The translations under genes were made by a program, and so were the position numbers. From Macrostomum hystrix (lineage: Eukaryota > Animalia > Platyhelminthes), in contig CATNEN010000038.1 of assembly GCA_950097015.1 (NCBI GenBank), forward strand, positions 5,022,001 to 5,086,000: a stretch of 64,000 nucleotides of DNA. The letters run 5' to 3'. Below the pieces are notes generated by a model, which worked only from the letters and a program-made list of their open reading frames with translations, searched no databases and had not been told where the DNA came from. Shown here in pieces: positions 45,721-57,425 of the stretch (position 1 is the first letter of the stretch; each line of letters opens with the position of its first letter).

Positions 45721-46232
45721 GACTATCCATTCAGGGACTAGTCGTGGTATTTCTAGTCATTATATATACTTGAAACTATTTATATTTTGAAGCAAAAGCT
45801 GAGTTAAGTTGAGAAAGTTGAGTTGATAAGCTTCGACCTACTAGAATCCTTACCTGGAATTGACCTACTTTGCTAAACCAAAAGCTGCACAACATGGTTC
45901 GTCTGACCCAGCGAACCGAACGAAGCCCCCAAAATTTTTTTGAACAAGTTCAATCACCATGTGAGGGCAGACCCGTCAAGACGCTGTGTCAAATGTGTCA
46001 ATGATTCCTCCCAGTTCCCAATTGAAAGGGCTGCCTGATTTCACATGCATCTAACATTGAGATTTCATGGTTGCCCTCAGTTGGCAGGTGACGAGACTAA
46101 ACAGCCTTTGAGACTGGCTTCGTGTGCTTCGAATATGTACAGGGCTTCCAAGCACCGCTAAATATTGCACAGTTTGAGGCACACTGCGTGCTTTAGTTTG
46201 CATGAGGGCAAGTAATGTATGAATTCAGCTAG

Positions 46233-47335
46233 AGTGAGTTCATGACTTACTGGTGAGTTAGTGACATCCTGGGTGAGTTCATGACATCCTGGGTGAGTTC
46301 ACGACTTCCTGGGTGAGTTCATGACATCCTGGGTGAGTTCGTGACATCCTGGTGAGTTCACGACTTCCTGGGTGAGTTCATGACATCCTGGGTGAGTTCG
46401 TGACATCCTGGTGAGTTCACGACTTCCTGGGTGAGTTCATGACATCCTGGGTGAGTTCACGACTTCCTGGGTGAGTTCATGACATCCTGGGTGAGTTCAT
46501 GACATCCTGGTGAGTTCACGACTTCCTGGGTGAGTTCATGACATCCTGGGTGAGTTCATGACTTCCTGGGTGAGTTCATGACATCCTGGGTGAGTTCGTG
46601 ACATCCTGGTGAGTTCACGACTTCCTGGGTGAGTTCATGACATCCTGGGTGAGTTCGTGACATCCTGGTGAGTTCATGACTTCCTGGGTGAGTTCATGAC
46701 ATCCTGGGTGAGTTCATGACTTCCTGGGTGAGTTCATGACATCCTGGGTGAGTTCGTGACATCCTGGTGAGTTCACGACTTCCTGGGTGAGTTCATCACA
46801 TCCTGGGTGAGTTCATGACATCCTGGGTGAGTTCATGACATCCTGGGTGAGTTCATGACTTCCTGGGTGAGTTCGTGACTTCCTGGGTGAGTTCATCACA
46901 TCCTGGGTGAGTTCATGACATCCTGGGTGAGTTCATGACATCCTGGGTGAGTTCATGACTTCCTGGGTGAGTTCGTGACTTCCTGGGTGAGTTCGTGACT
47001 TCCTGGGTGAGTTCATGACTTCCTGGGTGAGTTCACGACTTCCTGGGTGAGTTCATGACTTCCTGGGTGAGTTCGTGACTTCCTGGGTGAGTTCATGACT
47101 TCCTGGGTGAGTTCATGACATCCTGGGTGAGTTCATGACTTCCTGGGTGAGTTCATGACTTCCTGGGTGAGTTCATGACTTCCTGGGTGAGTTCATGACT
47201 TCCTGGGTGAGTTCATGAATCCTGGTGAGTTCATGACATCCTGGTGAGTTCATGACTTGATAAATTAGTTCATGAATTGATAAATGAGTTCATGAATTGA
47301 TAAATGAGTTCATGAATTGATAAATGAGTTCATGA
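46233..47335. repeat. 20-bp minisatellite GGGTGAGTTCATGACWTCCT grading into TAAATGAGTTCATGAATTGA
   Basis: Direct reading. Confidence 0.95.
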
Positions 47336-47391
47336 CCTTCGTGGTGAGTTCCTATTATATCTCGCATTTATTCATCTTTAGCTACAATAGA

Positions 47392-47503
47392 CCTTCAAAA
47401 CTTTTCTTTGCTGGCAGCTGGTCATTGTCTGTTATTTCCTGTTCATCAACCGTTCCGCCAAAGACTTCACTGACGGCTTTCATCTCGCCCTTCTCCTTAA
47501 TAA
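47392..47503 (-). CDS. Candidate isolated exon of an unresolved minus-strand gene
   Basis: Reverse strand: TTAAC branch-like motif, GATAG acceptor, open VIKEKGEMKAVSEVFGGTVDEQEITDNDQLPAKKSFE, then a GT donor. Confidence 0.3.
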
Positions 47504-48242
47504 CCTATCACAATGACGTTAATGGCGAACAAACTATCATAAACTGTTTAGCTTTCAGAATGAAGAAAATCTTATTCAAAGTCAGATTAAAAAATCGACA
47601 GAGATAATTAAAGACTTTTCAGTTTGCCTATTTTACTGTGGAAAAATTGCCAAATTCGAGCGGAATACCAAACTCGTCACGCAATAGTTGGGTCACGCCA
47701 CTTTCCCACAAAAATGGGACATTTTCCCCAGGTCAGGTTTCTTAAGGAGAAAAAGCGGCAGACAACAGACAAAAAAAGTAAGTTTCAGTTTTGAAAGTAA
47801 AGAAGTATTTCTCTTTGTTGGATCTTCTATTTCCTCATTCAAGTTCGTCGCTTAAAATCATTCCTTCCTTCAATTTGAAACTATTCGTTAGTTTCTAAAC
47901 ACAGGGCTCTTACAGCTTGTGTACTTTCTAATTTACAAACAGACAAGCAACAGAAGGCTATAATAGTTACTTAATAGGAATTCAGGAATAGCCGAGTAGA
48001 ATTTCGCGCCCTTAGTTAAAAAGATGAAAATTGGCAATAAAAACTCCCGTTCCCCCCCACCCAACGTCTTTGGGTTTGGCGAGCACTTTTTCGGGATTAT
48101 TTTTTGATTAATTGCTTCACCAGAAAATTCAATCAGGCTAATGTGTTTGACTAATGGACTGCTTCGGCTGATCGCGTTCCGTCATTGGTTGCTTGTGCGA
48201 TCAAGGCTATGCTATGGTCTCCCTTTCAGTATTTGTCCGTTT

Positions 48243-48697
48243 TACTCTACTCTACTCTACTCTACTCTACTCTACTCTACTCTACTCTACTATACTCTAC
48301 TCTACTCTACTATATTCTACTCTACTCTACTATACTCTACTCAAATCTACTCAACTCTACTCTACTCTACTCTACTCTACTCTACTCTACTCTACTCTAC
48401 TCCACTCTACTCCACTCTACTCTACTCTACTCTACTCTACTCTACTCCACTCTACTCAACTCTACTCAACTCTACTCAACTCAATTCTACTCTACTCTAC
48501 TCTACTCTACTCTACTCTACTCTACTCTACTCTACTCTACTCTACTCTACTCTACTCTACTCTACTCTACTCTACTCCACTCTACTCTACTCCACTCTAC
48601 TCTACTCTACTCTACTCCACTCTACTAAACTCTACTCAACTCTACTCAACTCAATTCTACTCTACTCTACTATACTCAACTCTACTCTACTCAACTC
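48243..48697. repeat. (CTCTA)n pentanucleotide microsatellite
   Basis: Direct reading. Confidence 0.97.
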
Positions 48698-48698
48698 A

Positions 48699-48960
48699 AG
48701 TGGAGTCGGGAATCGAACCCCCGACCTTTAAGTCGTGAGTCCGACGCTCTAACCACTAGGCTACAGCCCACTACTCTACTAAGCTACACTCTACGCTAGT
48801 CTACTAAATTATTATTTTTTGAAAGCTACAGCGCGGTGCGAAATGCTTAGTACGGCTGTTCAGTCCATGGACCTCTGGACATTTCTATCCCAGCAAAAGC
48901 AGGGTCTCATTTTACAGCTGGGAGAACTGAAGCACTATGGAATAACTTGCCTTGCTCCGG
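48699..48960 (-). mobile_element. SINE family B head (48699-48770) plus a decayed B body/CORE fragment (~48830-48960)
   Basis: GGAGTCGGGAATCGAACCC...GACCTTTAAGTCGTGAGTCCGACGCTCTAACCACTAGGCTACA is nearly identical to 9874-9937. Confidence 0.8.
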
Positions 48961-49500
48961 ACATTGCAGTCAGAAGTACAATGCTCTCAGCCTTAGTCTG
49001 GCAGAACTATATCCCCTCAATTTATCCTTATCAGTCGTGGAATTTCTATAAAAGTACATCCTTGACCCGTTAAGGCTTGGTTGGGCAAGATAAGGTGAGA
49101 TAATTTATTTCTCTGGAAGACCGTAATGGGAAGTGGAACACCTGTAGGCATGAGAGACTGGTCAGGCGGTTTCCATAATATTATTTATTTCAAAACATTA
49201 TTATCTTCCTTAAAGTCGATGTAAAATTATTATTTTATAATCTCAACACCTTGGAGAATTATGTTCTAATTGAAGATGAGACACTGGCCATAAACAGGTG
49301 CTCAGAAAAGCATGAGCTGAATAATGAAAGGACAAGTTAATCAATACTGATTGATTACATTAGAACTGCCAGAGCTAATAACAAATAACTAATGATATTG
49401 GCCACTGAATTTTCACTTGAAAGCACGGATAAGAAAGTATGAGTTACATACATACCGATTAGAATCCATATCGAGTCTAGACAAGATTACATGAGTCCAC

Positions 49501-50986
49501 ATTGAGCAAGTGAGAGATGAGATTGAGCAGGTGAGCGATGAGATTGAGCAGGTGAGAAATGAGATTGAGCAGTTGAGAAATGAGATTGAGCAGGTGAGAA
49601 ATGAGATTGTGCAGGTGAGAAATGAGATTGTGCATGTGAGAAATGAGATTGAGCAGGTGAGAAATGAGATTGAGCAGGTGAGAAATGAGATTGTGCAGGT
49701 GAGAAATGAGATTGAGCAGGTGAGAAATGAGATTGAGCAGTTGAGAAATGAGATTGTGCAGGTGAGAAATGAGATTGTGCATGTGAGAAATGAGATTGAG
49801 CAGGTGAGAAATGAGATTGAGCAGGTGAGAAATGAGATTGTGCAGGTGAGAAATGAGATTGAGCAGGTGAGAAATGAGATTGAGCAGGTGAGAAATGAGA
49901 TTGAGCAGGTGAGAAATGAGATTGTGCAGGTGAGAAATGAGATTGAGCAGGTGAGAAATGAGATTGAGCAGGTGAGAAATGAGATTGTGCATGTGAGAAA
50001 TGAGATTGAGCAGGTGAGAAATGAGATTGTGCATGTGAGAAATGAGATTGAGCAGGTGAGAAATGAGATTGAGCAGGTGAGAAATAAGATTGTGCAGGTG
50101 AGAAATGAGATTGAGCAGGTGAGAAATGAGATTGAGAAGTTGAGAAATGAGATTGAGCAGGTGAGAAATGAGATTGTGCAGGTGAGAAATGAGATTGTGC
50201 ATGTGAGAAATGAGATTGAGCAGGTGAGAAATGAGATTGAGCAGGTGAGAAATGAGATTGAGCAGGTGAGAAATGAGATTGTGCAGGTGAGAAATGAGAT
50301 TGAGCAGGTGAGAAATGAGATTGAGCAGGTGAGAAATGAGATTGAGCAGGTGAGAAATGAGATTGTGCAGGTGAGAAATGAGATTGAGCAGGTGAGAAAT
50401 GAGATTGAGCAGGTGAGAAATGAGATTGTGCATGTGAGAAATGAGATTGAGCAGGTGAGAAATGAGATTGTGCATGTGAGAAATGAGATTGAGCAGGTGA
50501 GAAATGAGATTGAGCAGGTGAGAAATAAGATTGTGCAGGTGAGAAATGAGATTGAGCAGGTGAGAAATGAGATTGAGCAGTTGAGAAATGAGATTGAGCA
50601 GGTGAGAAATGAGATTGTGCAGGTGAGAAATGAGATTGTGCATGTGAGAAATGAGATTGAGCAGGTGAGAAATGAGATTGAGCAGGTGAGAAATGAGATT
50701 GTGCAGGTTAGAAATGAGATTGAGCAGGTGAGAAATGAGATTGAGCAGGTGAGAAATGAGATTGAGCAGGTGAGAAATGAGATTGTGCAGGTGAGAAATG
50801 AGATTGAGCAGGTGAGAAATGAGATTGTGCAGGTGAGAAATGAGATTGAGCAGGTGAGAAATGAGATTGAGCAGGTGAGAAATGAGATTGAGCAGGTGAG
50901 AAATGAGATTGAGCAGGTGAGAAATGAGATTGTGCAGGTGAGAAATGAGATTGTGCATGTGAGAAATGAGATTGAGCAGGTGAGAG
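49501..50986. repeat. 21-bp minisatellite GAGATTGAGCAGGTGAGAAAT (~70 units)
   Basis: Direct reading; open on both strands (EIEQVRN / LISHLLN). Confidence 0.97.
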
Positions 50987-51360
50987 TCCAAAGTAATTAT
51001 TCTAAGAAGAGAAAATTTCTGAATGCTTGAGATTTCAGAACTCCAGCAGACATTGGAAAGCAGTAAGAAGAATGCAAAAGTGCTATCGATCTGTTATTTT
51101 GCCGTCTGCAAAGAGAAATTCTCCAACTCTAACTTGGGCAACAGATACTCAGTCTGGAACGAAAGCAGCTGCGAGATTTCGAATCAGAAGAGGACAGAGA
51201 AGGGAGCTCTCGGCAACCAATCAGGATGAACCAGCAGCTGCTTCTGTGTGAGCACTATCGAGTTCTTATACTTCACAGACGGCACCGTCCCTCATCTCCA
51301 CCCCCCCTGAATGTGGAATAATTAGCGCGGAAGTCTTAAATTCCTAAGCGAGTCAGGCAG

Positions 51361-52776
51361 ATGCTTGTATTCACCAGGGACGCCAACTGCCAGGCCTGGG
51401 AGATCAACGCCACCAGGCAGCGTCACGATGAAGATTTTCGCGATCTGGAACGCCAGATGCTGGCCAGCGTCTTCCCCATCAGCCTCGCCGCCCTGGCAGC
51501 CAACCTGCTCAGCTTCGCTGTCTTCGCGCGCCAGAAATTCGACAATCCGGCCATCCGGCTTGTCCTCGTCAGCGTCTCCGTCTGGGAGGTGCTTCTGCAG
51601 TCGGCCGTGATCTGCGAGGTAGCCATGTCGCTCAGTGGGGCCAAGCACGCGCACACAAAGGCCTCCTACGTGGCCACGTCGGCGTTTCGCCTCGTTATCG
51701 GCGCCGCCGCCTTCGTGCGCAACTGGAACATGGTGGTGCTGAGCATGTCCCGCTGCGAGCTGGTCTGGCGCCCTCTCGCCTCCCGCGGTCGACTCTTCTT
51801 CTCGCCGCGACGCCTGAAGGCCTGCCTAGCCTCGGTGGTTGCCGTGGCGTTCATCCTGAGCCTCCTGGTGCAGCTCGAGTTCATGGGCGTCGTCTGCTCC
51901 AACTTAGCCGACGACAGCATGGGCGATATCGTCATTCGTCCGTTTCTGGCCTCGTCCGATGGCGACCGGCCCGGCTACCCATCGCTGGTGTTCTACAGCC
52001 TGCAGTGCCTGCTGCCGCCGCTGATCATTCCCGGCCCGACCATCGGCATGTCGCTGCGCCTGCGTCGGGCCCGACGCGTTAGTCGACGAATGCGTCCAAC
52101 GTCGGCCACCGCAGCGACGAGTGCGAGCTCCGGCGGTGGAGGTGGCGGCAACGGTGGCTCATTGCCCAGGACTCAGAGCGGTGGTCGCAGAGGCAGGTTA
52201 TTCAACACCGTCGAGGGCGAGCAGCTGTTTGGCGACACTGACAATTTCGGCGTCGCCTCGCTATCGAGAGACTACTCAGCTGAGGGTCGCGCTAGGAGGG
52301 CCGCCTTCCTACTGGCCTCGTCCACGCGGAGCCATCGACAGAACCTGCAGCGGCAGCAGCAGCAGCAGCATCAGCGAACATCCGTCCTAGTCCTGGCGCT
52401 GGTCCTGCTCTTCTGCGTCATGGAGTCGCCGACATTTTTGAGCACGCTGTGCCATTTCTTCTTTCCGCACGCGCCACTGCTCAGCCGGCGCTTCATCTTC
52501 CTGGCGAATGTGCTGACGGTCATGGACTCGCTGCTGAACTTCTTCGTCTACGCGGCGGCCAGCGCCAGTTTCAGATCGGAGATCCGCAGCGCGCTCAGGT
52601 GCCGACGGGGCTGGCGGCACGGGCCTGAGGCGTCCTACTGCGAGCAGTCTTTGTCGCTCACAGCCGGAACTGCGGAGCTGCAGCGGAGCAGCGTGCAGCA
52701 ACAGCAGCTGCAGCACGGAGCATCCAGGACATCGTCGTCTGGGTGCAGCCGCATCTCTCTGCGCATTCGCGAGTGA
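51361..52776 (+). CDS. Single-exon rhodopsin-class (family A) GPCR, divergent peptide (FMRFamide-receptor-related) type, 471 aa
   Basis: Seven hydrophobic segments; TM1 AANLLSFAVF; TM3 RNWNMVVLSMSRC...PL (DRY-equivalent SRC); TM6 LFCVMESP; TM7 DSLLNFFVY followed by helix-8 FR; long G/Q-rich ICL3. Confidence 0.9.
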   Translation: MLVFTRDANCQAWEINATRQRHDEDFRDLERQMLASVFPISLAALAANLLSFAVFARQKFDNPAIRLVLVSVSVWEVLLQSAVICEVAMSLSGAKHAHTKASYVATSAFRLVIGAAAFVRNWNMVVLSMSRCELVWRPLASRGRLFFSPRRLKACLASVVAVAFILSLLVQLEFMGVVCSNLADDSMGDIVIRPFLASSDGDRPGYPSLVFYSLQCLLPPLIIPGPTIGMSLRLRRARRVSRRMRPTSATAATSASSGGGGGGNGGSLPRTQSGGRRGRLFNTVEGEQLFGDTDNFGVASLSRDYSAEGRARRAAFLLASSTRSHRQNLQRQQQQQHQRTSVLVLALVLLFCVMESPTFLSTLCHFFFPHAPLLSRRFIFLANVLTVMDSLLNFFVYAAASASFRSEIRSALRCRRGWRHGPEASYCEQSLSLTAGTAELQRSSVQQQQLQHGASRTSSSGCSRISLRIRE

Positions 52777-53986
52777 AAGAAGAAATGATTATGTTTTTTG
52801 ATCGGTTATCCTGTTGGCTGAGTGTTTGACTTATTTAATTTTTGATGTGTTTTTTATTTGTTATTTCTTTATTACAGTAGAAAGACCGGCGTATTTCAAC
52901 CACTTCACGACAGCTCCCAAACCGAATGACAGATTTTTGTGGAATCCACCATCAGAATATTAATTTTCCGCCCATTACGATGAACTAACTTTCAAGTATG
53001 AACCTCAATGGCGAACCCTCATTGGTTAAAAAAAAACTTTATTAATCCAAAATCTTTGACAATGATAGCCTACAATGGTTACGTGATGCAATTTTGTTAG
53101 CAGAAAAATAGTTCGTTAGATCTATCGATTTGTCGCTTTTTTTCAATTTTTCAATTTATCAATTAATATATTTATCGATTTGTTGTGATTAAAAATGATC
53201 TTTATATTTATTGTGTTGTTTCGTGCTGTTGGGTGTACATACTCGTATATGCTTCGTGTTTTGTTGCACTATCGAACTTTTCAGTAAAAAAAATATATAT
53301 ATTAGATATTTTGTATTATTTTAAACAGGTTTGTGTGACACGTCAATGTGGTTGGTTAAAAATGAGCTTGTGAAAGCATTCCATATGGAATAAATAAGTC
53401 TAATTTTATCTATATTAGTATAAGGAATGTATAACCGATCAGCATTGTTGATCGAGACAATTTTACATTCCTTACTCTTCAGTACATATCGTATTTATCC
53501 CTTCGGGGGATATTTTTGCTCGAAAGGAAATCCTGCAGCCACTCGCACAGCTTCAGCAACAAGTTCAGCAAACTAACATGACAGTCCTCGTACTGTCCCC
53601 AAGTTCCCCAAGAACTTGAATAATTAAAAAATACCTAACTCCCAACCAGACTGTCAGTCTTTGAAGCCCCTCAAACTCGCCCGGAAACAGACGATGCAGC
53701 TTGAGGAAGAGATTTCAGCTTAATTGAGTCTTGTAAAAATCTAAGCCAAAGCATTCTTCTTTTACTGTAAAGCAACTTTAAATGAGAACAGAATACTAGA
53801 GAGCTCGCACATTGATGGGGCTGGCTAGTAGAAATTGCACTGCTTGTTGAACAGCTCCGGATTAAAGGGGAAATGGGAAAGGAATGCAGTGAGATCCCTT
53901 TACGGAAAAGCATCAGTTGATTCTTACTTCGCTTGTGAGAGACAGTATGATCGCAATTTATTAGCTCCCTCACTAAGCTTTCCCTC

Positions 53987-55120
53987 ACAGGGAAATCCTA
54001 GACAGGGAAATCTTGGGCAGGGAAATCCTAAACAGAGAAGTTAGGATTTGGAAATCCTAGAAAAACATTCCCCAAGAAAGGAAAATCCTAGACAGTGAAA
54101 TCTTCGACTAAAAATCATAAACAGAAAAAGGGAAATCCTAGACAGGGAAATCATAGACAGGGAAACCTTGGGCAGGGAAATCCTAGACAGTGAAATCGTG
54201 GACAGGAAAATCCTAAACAGAGAAATTAGGGTTTGGAAATCCTAAAAAAACATTCCCCAAGAAAGGACAATCCTAGACAGTGAAATCTTCGACTAAAAAA
54301 ACCCTAAACAGAAAAAGGGAAATCCTAGACAGGGAAATCCTAGACAGGGAAATCCTAGACAGGGAAACCTTGGGCAGGGAAATCCTAGACAGTGAAATCA
54401 TGGACAGGAAAATCCTAAACAGAGAAATTAGGATTTGGAAATCCTAAAAAAACATTCCCCAAGAAAGGACAATCCTAGACAGTGAAATCTTCGACTAAAA
54501 AACCCTAAACAGAAAAAGGGAAATCCTAGATAGGGAAATCCTAGACAGGGAAATCCTAGACAGGGAAATCTTGGGCAGGGAAATCCTAAATAGAGAAATT
54601 AGGATTTGGAAATCCTAAAAAACATTCCCTAAGAAAGGACAATCCTAGACAGTGAAATCTTCGACTAAAAAACCCTAAACAGAAAAAGGGAAATCCTAGA
54701 TAGGGAAATCCTAGACAGGGAAATCCTAGACAGGGAAATCCTAGACAGGGAAATCCTTGACAGGGAAATCCTAGACAGGGGAATCCACAAGAGGGAAATC
54801 CTAGACAGAGGAATCCTCAAGAGGGAAATCCTAGACAGGGACAGGGAAATCCTAGACAGGGAAATCCACAAGAGGGAAATCCTAGACAGAGGAATCCTCA
54901 AGAGGGAAATCCTAGACAGGGAAATCCTTGACAGGGAAATCCTAGACAGGGAAATCCACAAGAGGGAAATCCTAGACAGGGGAATGCTCAACTTGGGCAG
55001 GGAAATCCTGGAAGTAAATTCCTGGACAGTCAAATCATGGACAGGGAAATCCTAAACAGAGAAAATAGGATTTGGAAATCCTAAAAAAACATTCTCTAGA
55101 AAGGGAAATCCTAGACGGGG
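53987..55120. repeat. 15-bp GGGAAATCCTAGACA repeat with ~180-bp higher-order units
   Basis: Direct reading. Confidence 0.92.
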
Positions 55121-55719
55121 AAATATTTGACAGGTAAATCCAGTGAAATCTTTGACAGGTTGACTGGAATCAAGGAAATCAAAGTAACTGATGTCCAGTT
55201 ACTTTGCAATGTTTTTTTTTCGCTATCCAAAATCTTCCTTTGCATTCAGTTTTTTTTCTGCTTCTGCAAGAGCCTTGCCTATTTTTCCAAGTCTATTTTT
55301 ATTATACTCTTCCTGTATTTTTCAATTTCATTGTTGAGTTGCCTCGGGGTGGATCAATATCTATGAATTTGAGTATACGAGAGTAGAAGCAAAGCACTTG
55401 AAAGCGTTGACGTGTAGCAAGATGAGCCAGCTCAGAACGTACTTGCTCAATCAGATCAGTCTAGCAATGTCATTGGCGTGTCGTTCTATTCTGTCCGCAG
55501 CATTTTTGTAATAAAAAACTTCGGCCTTTGTTTAATTTCCTTCCGTCTCAGCCAGGCTGGTTGAGTTGGCGCTATTCACGTGCGACAGTTTCTGCTTTCG
55601 TATCAACTGTCAACAGGAATTAATGACTACTTATGGGTCGGATTTTATTACTTGAATTTAGAAAGTTTTAACTCGATCTTAATTCGTAGTTTGCAATAAA
55701 ATTCACAAGTTTGGAATTA

Positions 55720-56900
55720 AGAGGGAGAGGGAGTGGGACAGGGAGAGAGAGTGGGAGAGGGAGAGTAAGAGTGAGAGGGAGAGGGAGAGGGAGAGGGAGA
55801 GGGAGTGGGAGTGGGAGTGGGAGAGGGAGAGGGAGTGGGAGTGGGAGAGGGAGTGGGAGAGTAAGAGTGAGAGGGAGAGTAAGAGTGAGAGGGAGAGGGA
55901 GTGGGAGAGGGAGAGGGAGAGGGAGTGGGAGTGGGAGTGGGAGAGGGAGTGGGAGTGGGAGTGGGAGAGGGAGTGGGAGAGGAAGTGGGAGAGGGAGAGT
56001 AAGAGTGAGAGGGAGAGTAAGAGTGAGAGGGAGAGGGAGTGGGAGAGGGAGAGGGAGAGGGAGTGGGAGAGGGAGAGGGAGTGGGAGTGGGAGTGGGAGA
56101 GGGAGAGGGAGTGGGAGTGGGAGAGGGAGTGGGAGAGTAAGAGTGAGAGGGAGAGTAAGAGTGAGAGGGAGAGGGAGTGGGAGAGGGAGAGGGAGAGGGA
56201 GTGGGAGTGGGAGTGGGAGAGGGAGTGGGAGTGGGAGTGGGAGAGGGAGTGGGAGAGGAAGTGGGAGAGGGAGAGTAAGAGTGAGAGGGAGAGTAAGAGT
56301 GAGAGTGAGAGGGAGTGGGAGTGGGAGAGGGAGAGGGAGTGGGAGTGGGAGAGGGAGTGGGAGTGGGAGAGGGAGAGGGAGTGGGAGTGGGAGAGTAAGA
56401 GTGAGAGTGAGAGGGAGTGGGAGTGGGAGAGGGAGAGGGAGTGGGAGTGGGAGAGGGAGAGTAAGAGTAAGAGGGAGAGTAAGAGTAAGAGTGAGAGGGA
56501 GAGGGAGTGGGAGAGGGAGAGGGAGTGGGAGTGGGAGAGGGAGTGGGAGAGGGAGAGGGAGTGGGAGTGGGAGAGGGAGAGGGAGTGGGAGAGGGAGAGG
56601 GAGAGTAAGAGTGAGAGGGAGAGGGAGAGGGAGAGTAAGAGTGAGAGGGAGAGGGAGTGGGAGATGGAGAGGGAGTGGGAGAGGGAGAGGGAGTGGGAGT
56701 GGGAGAGGGAGTGGGAGAGGGAGAGGGAGTGGGAGTGGGAGAGGGAGAGGGAGTGGGAGAGGGAGAGGGAGAGTAAGAGGGAGAGGGAGAGGGAGAGGGA
56801 GAGTAAGAGTGAGAGGGAGAGGGAGAGGGAGTGGGAGAGGGAGAGTAAGAGTGAGAGGGAGAGGGAGTGGGAGAGGCGAGAGAGAGTGAGAGTGAGAGGG
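55720..56900. repeat. Polypurine hexamer repeat (GAGAGG/GAGTGG/GAGTAA)n
   Basis: Direct reading; explains the RG-rich and SL-rich ORFs. Confidence 0.96.
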
Positions 56901-57425
56901 AAGGATGAGAACGACACTTAGATGAAGACTGAGAGGGAAACAGGATGGCAGAACGTGATTATCGCCATGAAGGAGATGGAAGATTAAATGTTTTCATTTA
57001 GTGAAAAGGAGTTTTTAAAGATTATTTTCAGACAGAAATTCGCTAGTAGAAGCAGTGAATCGAGGATATTTTTCCCAGTCGTCAGAAGTGCACAAGTGGA
57101 TGTGGCGACAGTGTTAGCAGTGCAGTAAGGAGTCAGTGTCCCAAGCGAGTAGGCAGATTCTGAAATTCACTGATTGGATAAAATTGAATTCTGATGAATT
57201 TTCAGGCCTCAGTAGAGCTCAGTAGCAGCTCTAGTCTGGATTCTGATAGCCAGTGCTCAGCAATAACATAAGAAACTATTTCGCTTAAATCTCTTGGCAC
57301 TTACGATGAACACAGTTCGCGTGAGCTGGGTATAGCTAAGCAGGTCTATGTGAAACTTTTTGTCAAGTGCGGCATCATACTGTAGTACTGTATTGTTTCG
57401 GTAATAATTACTAATTAATAATTAG

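Noticed and set aside
53987-55120. NF-kB site array (GGGAAATCCT)
   Set aside because: One mismatch at a conserved position and no supporting context; chance match likely.
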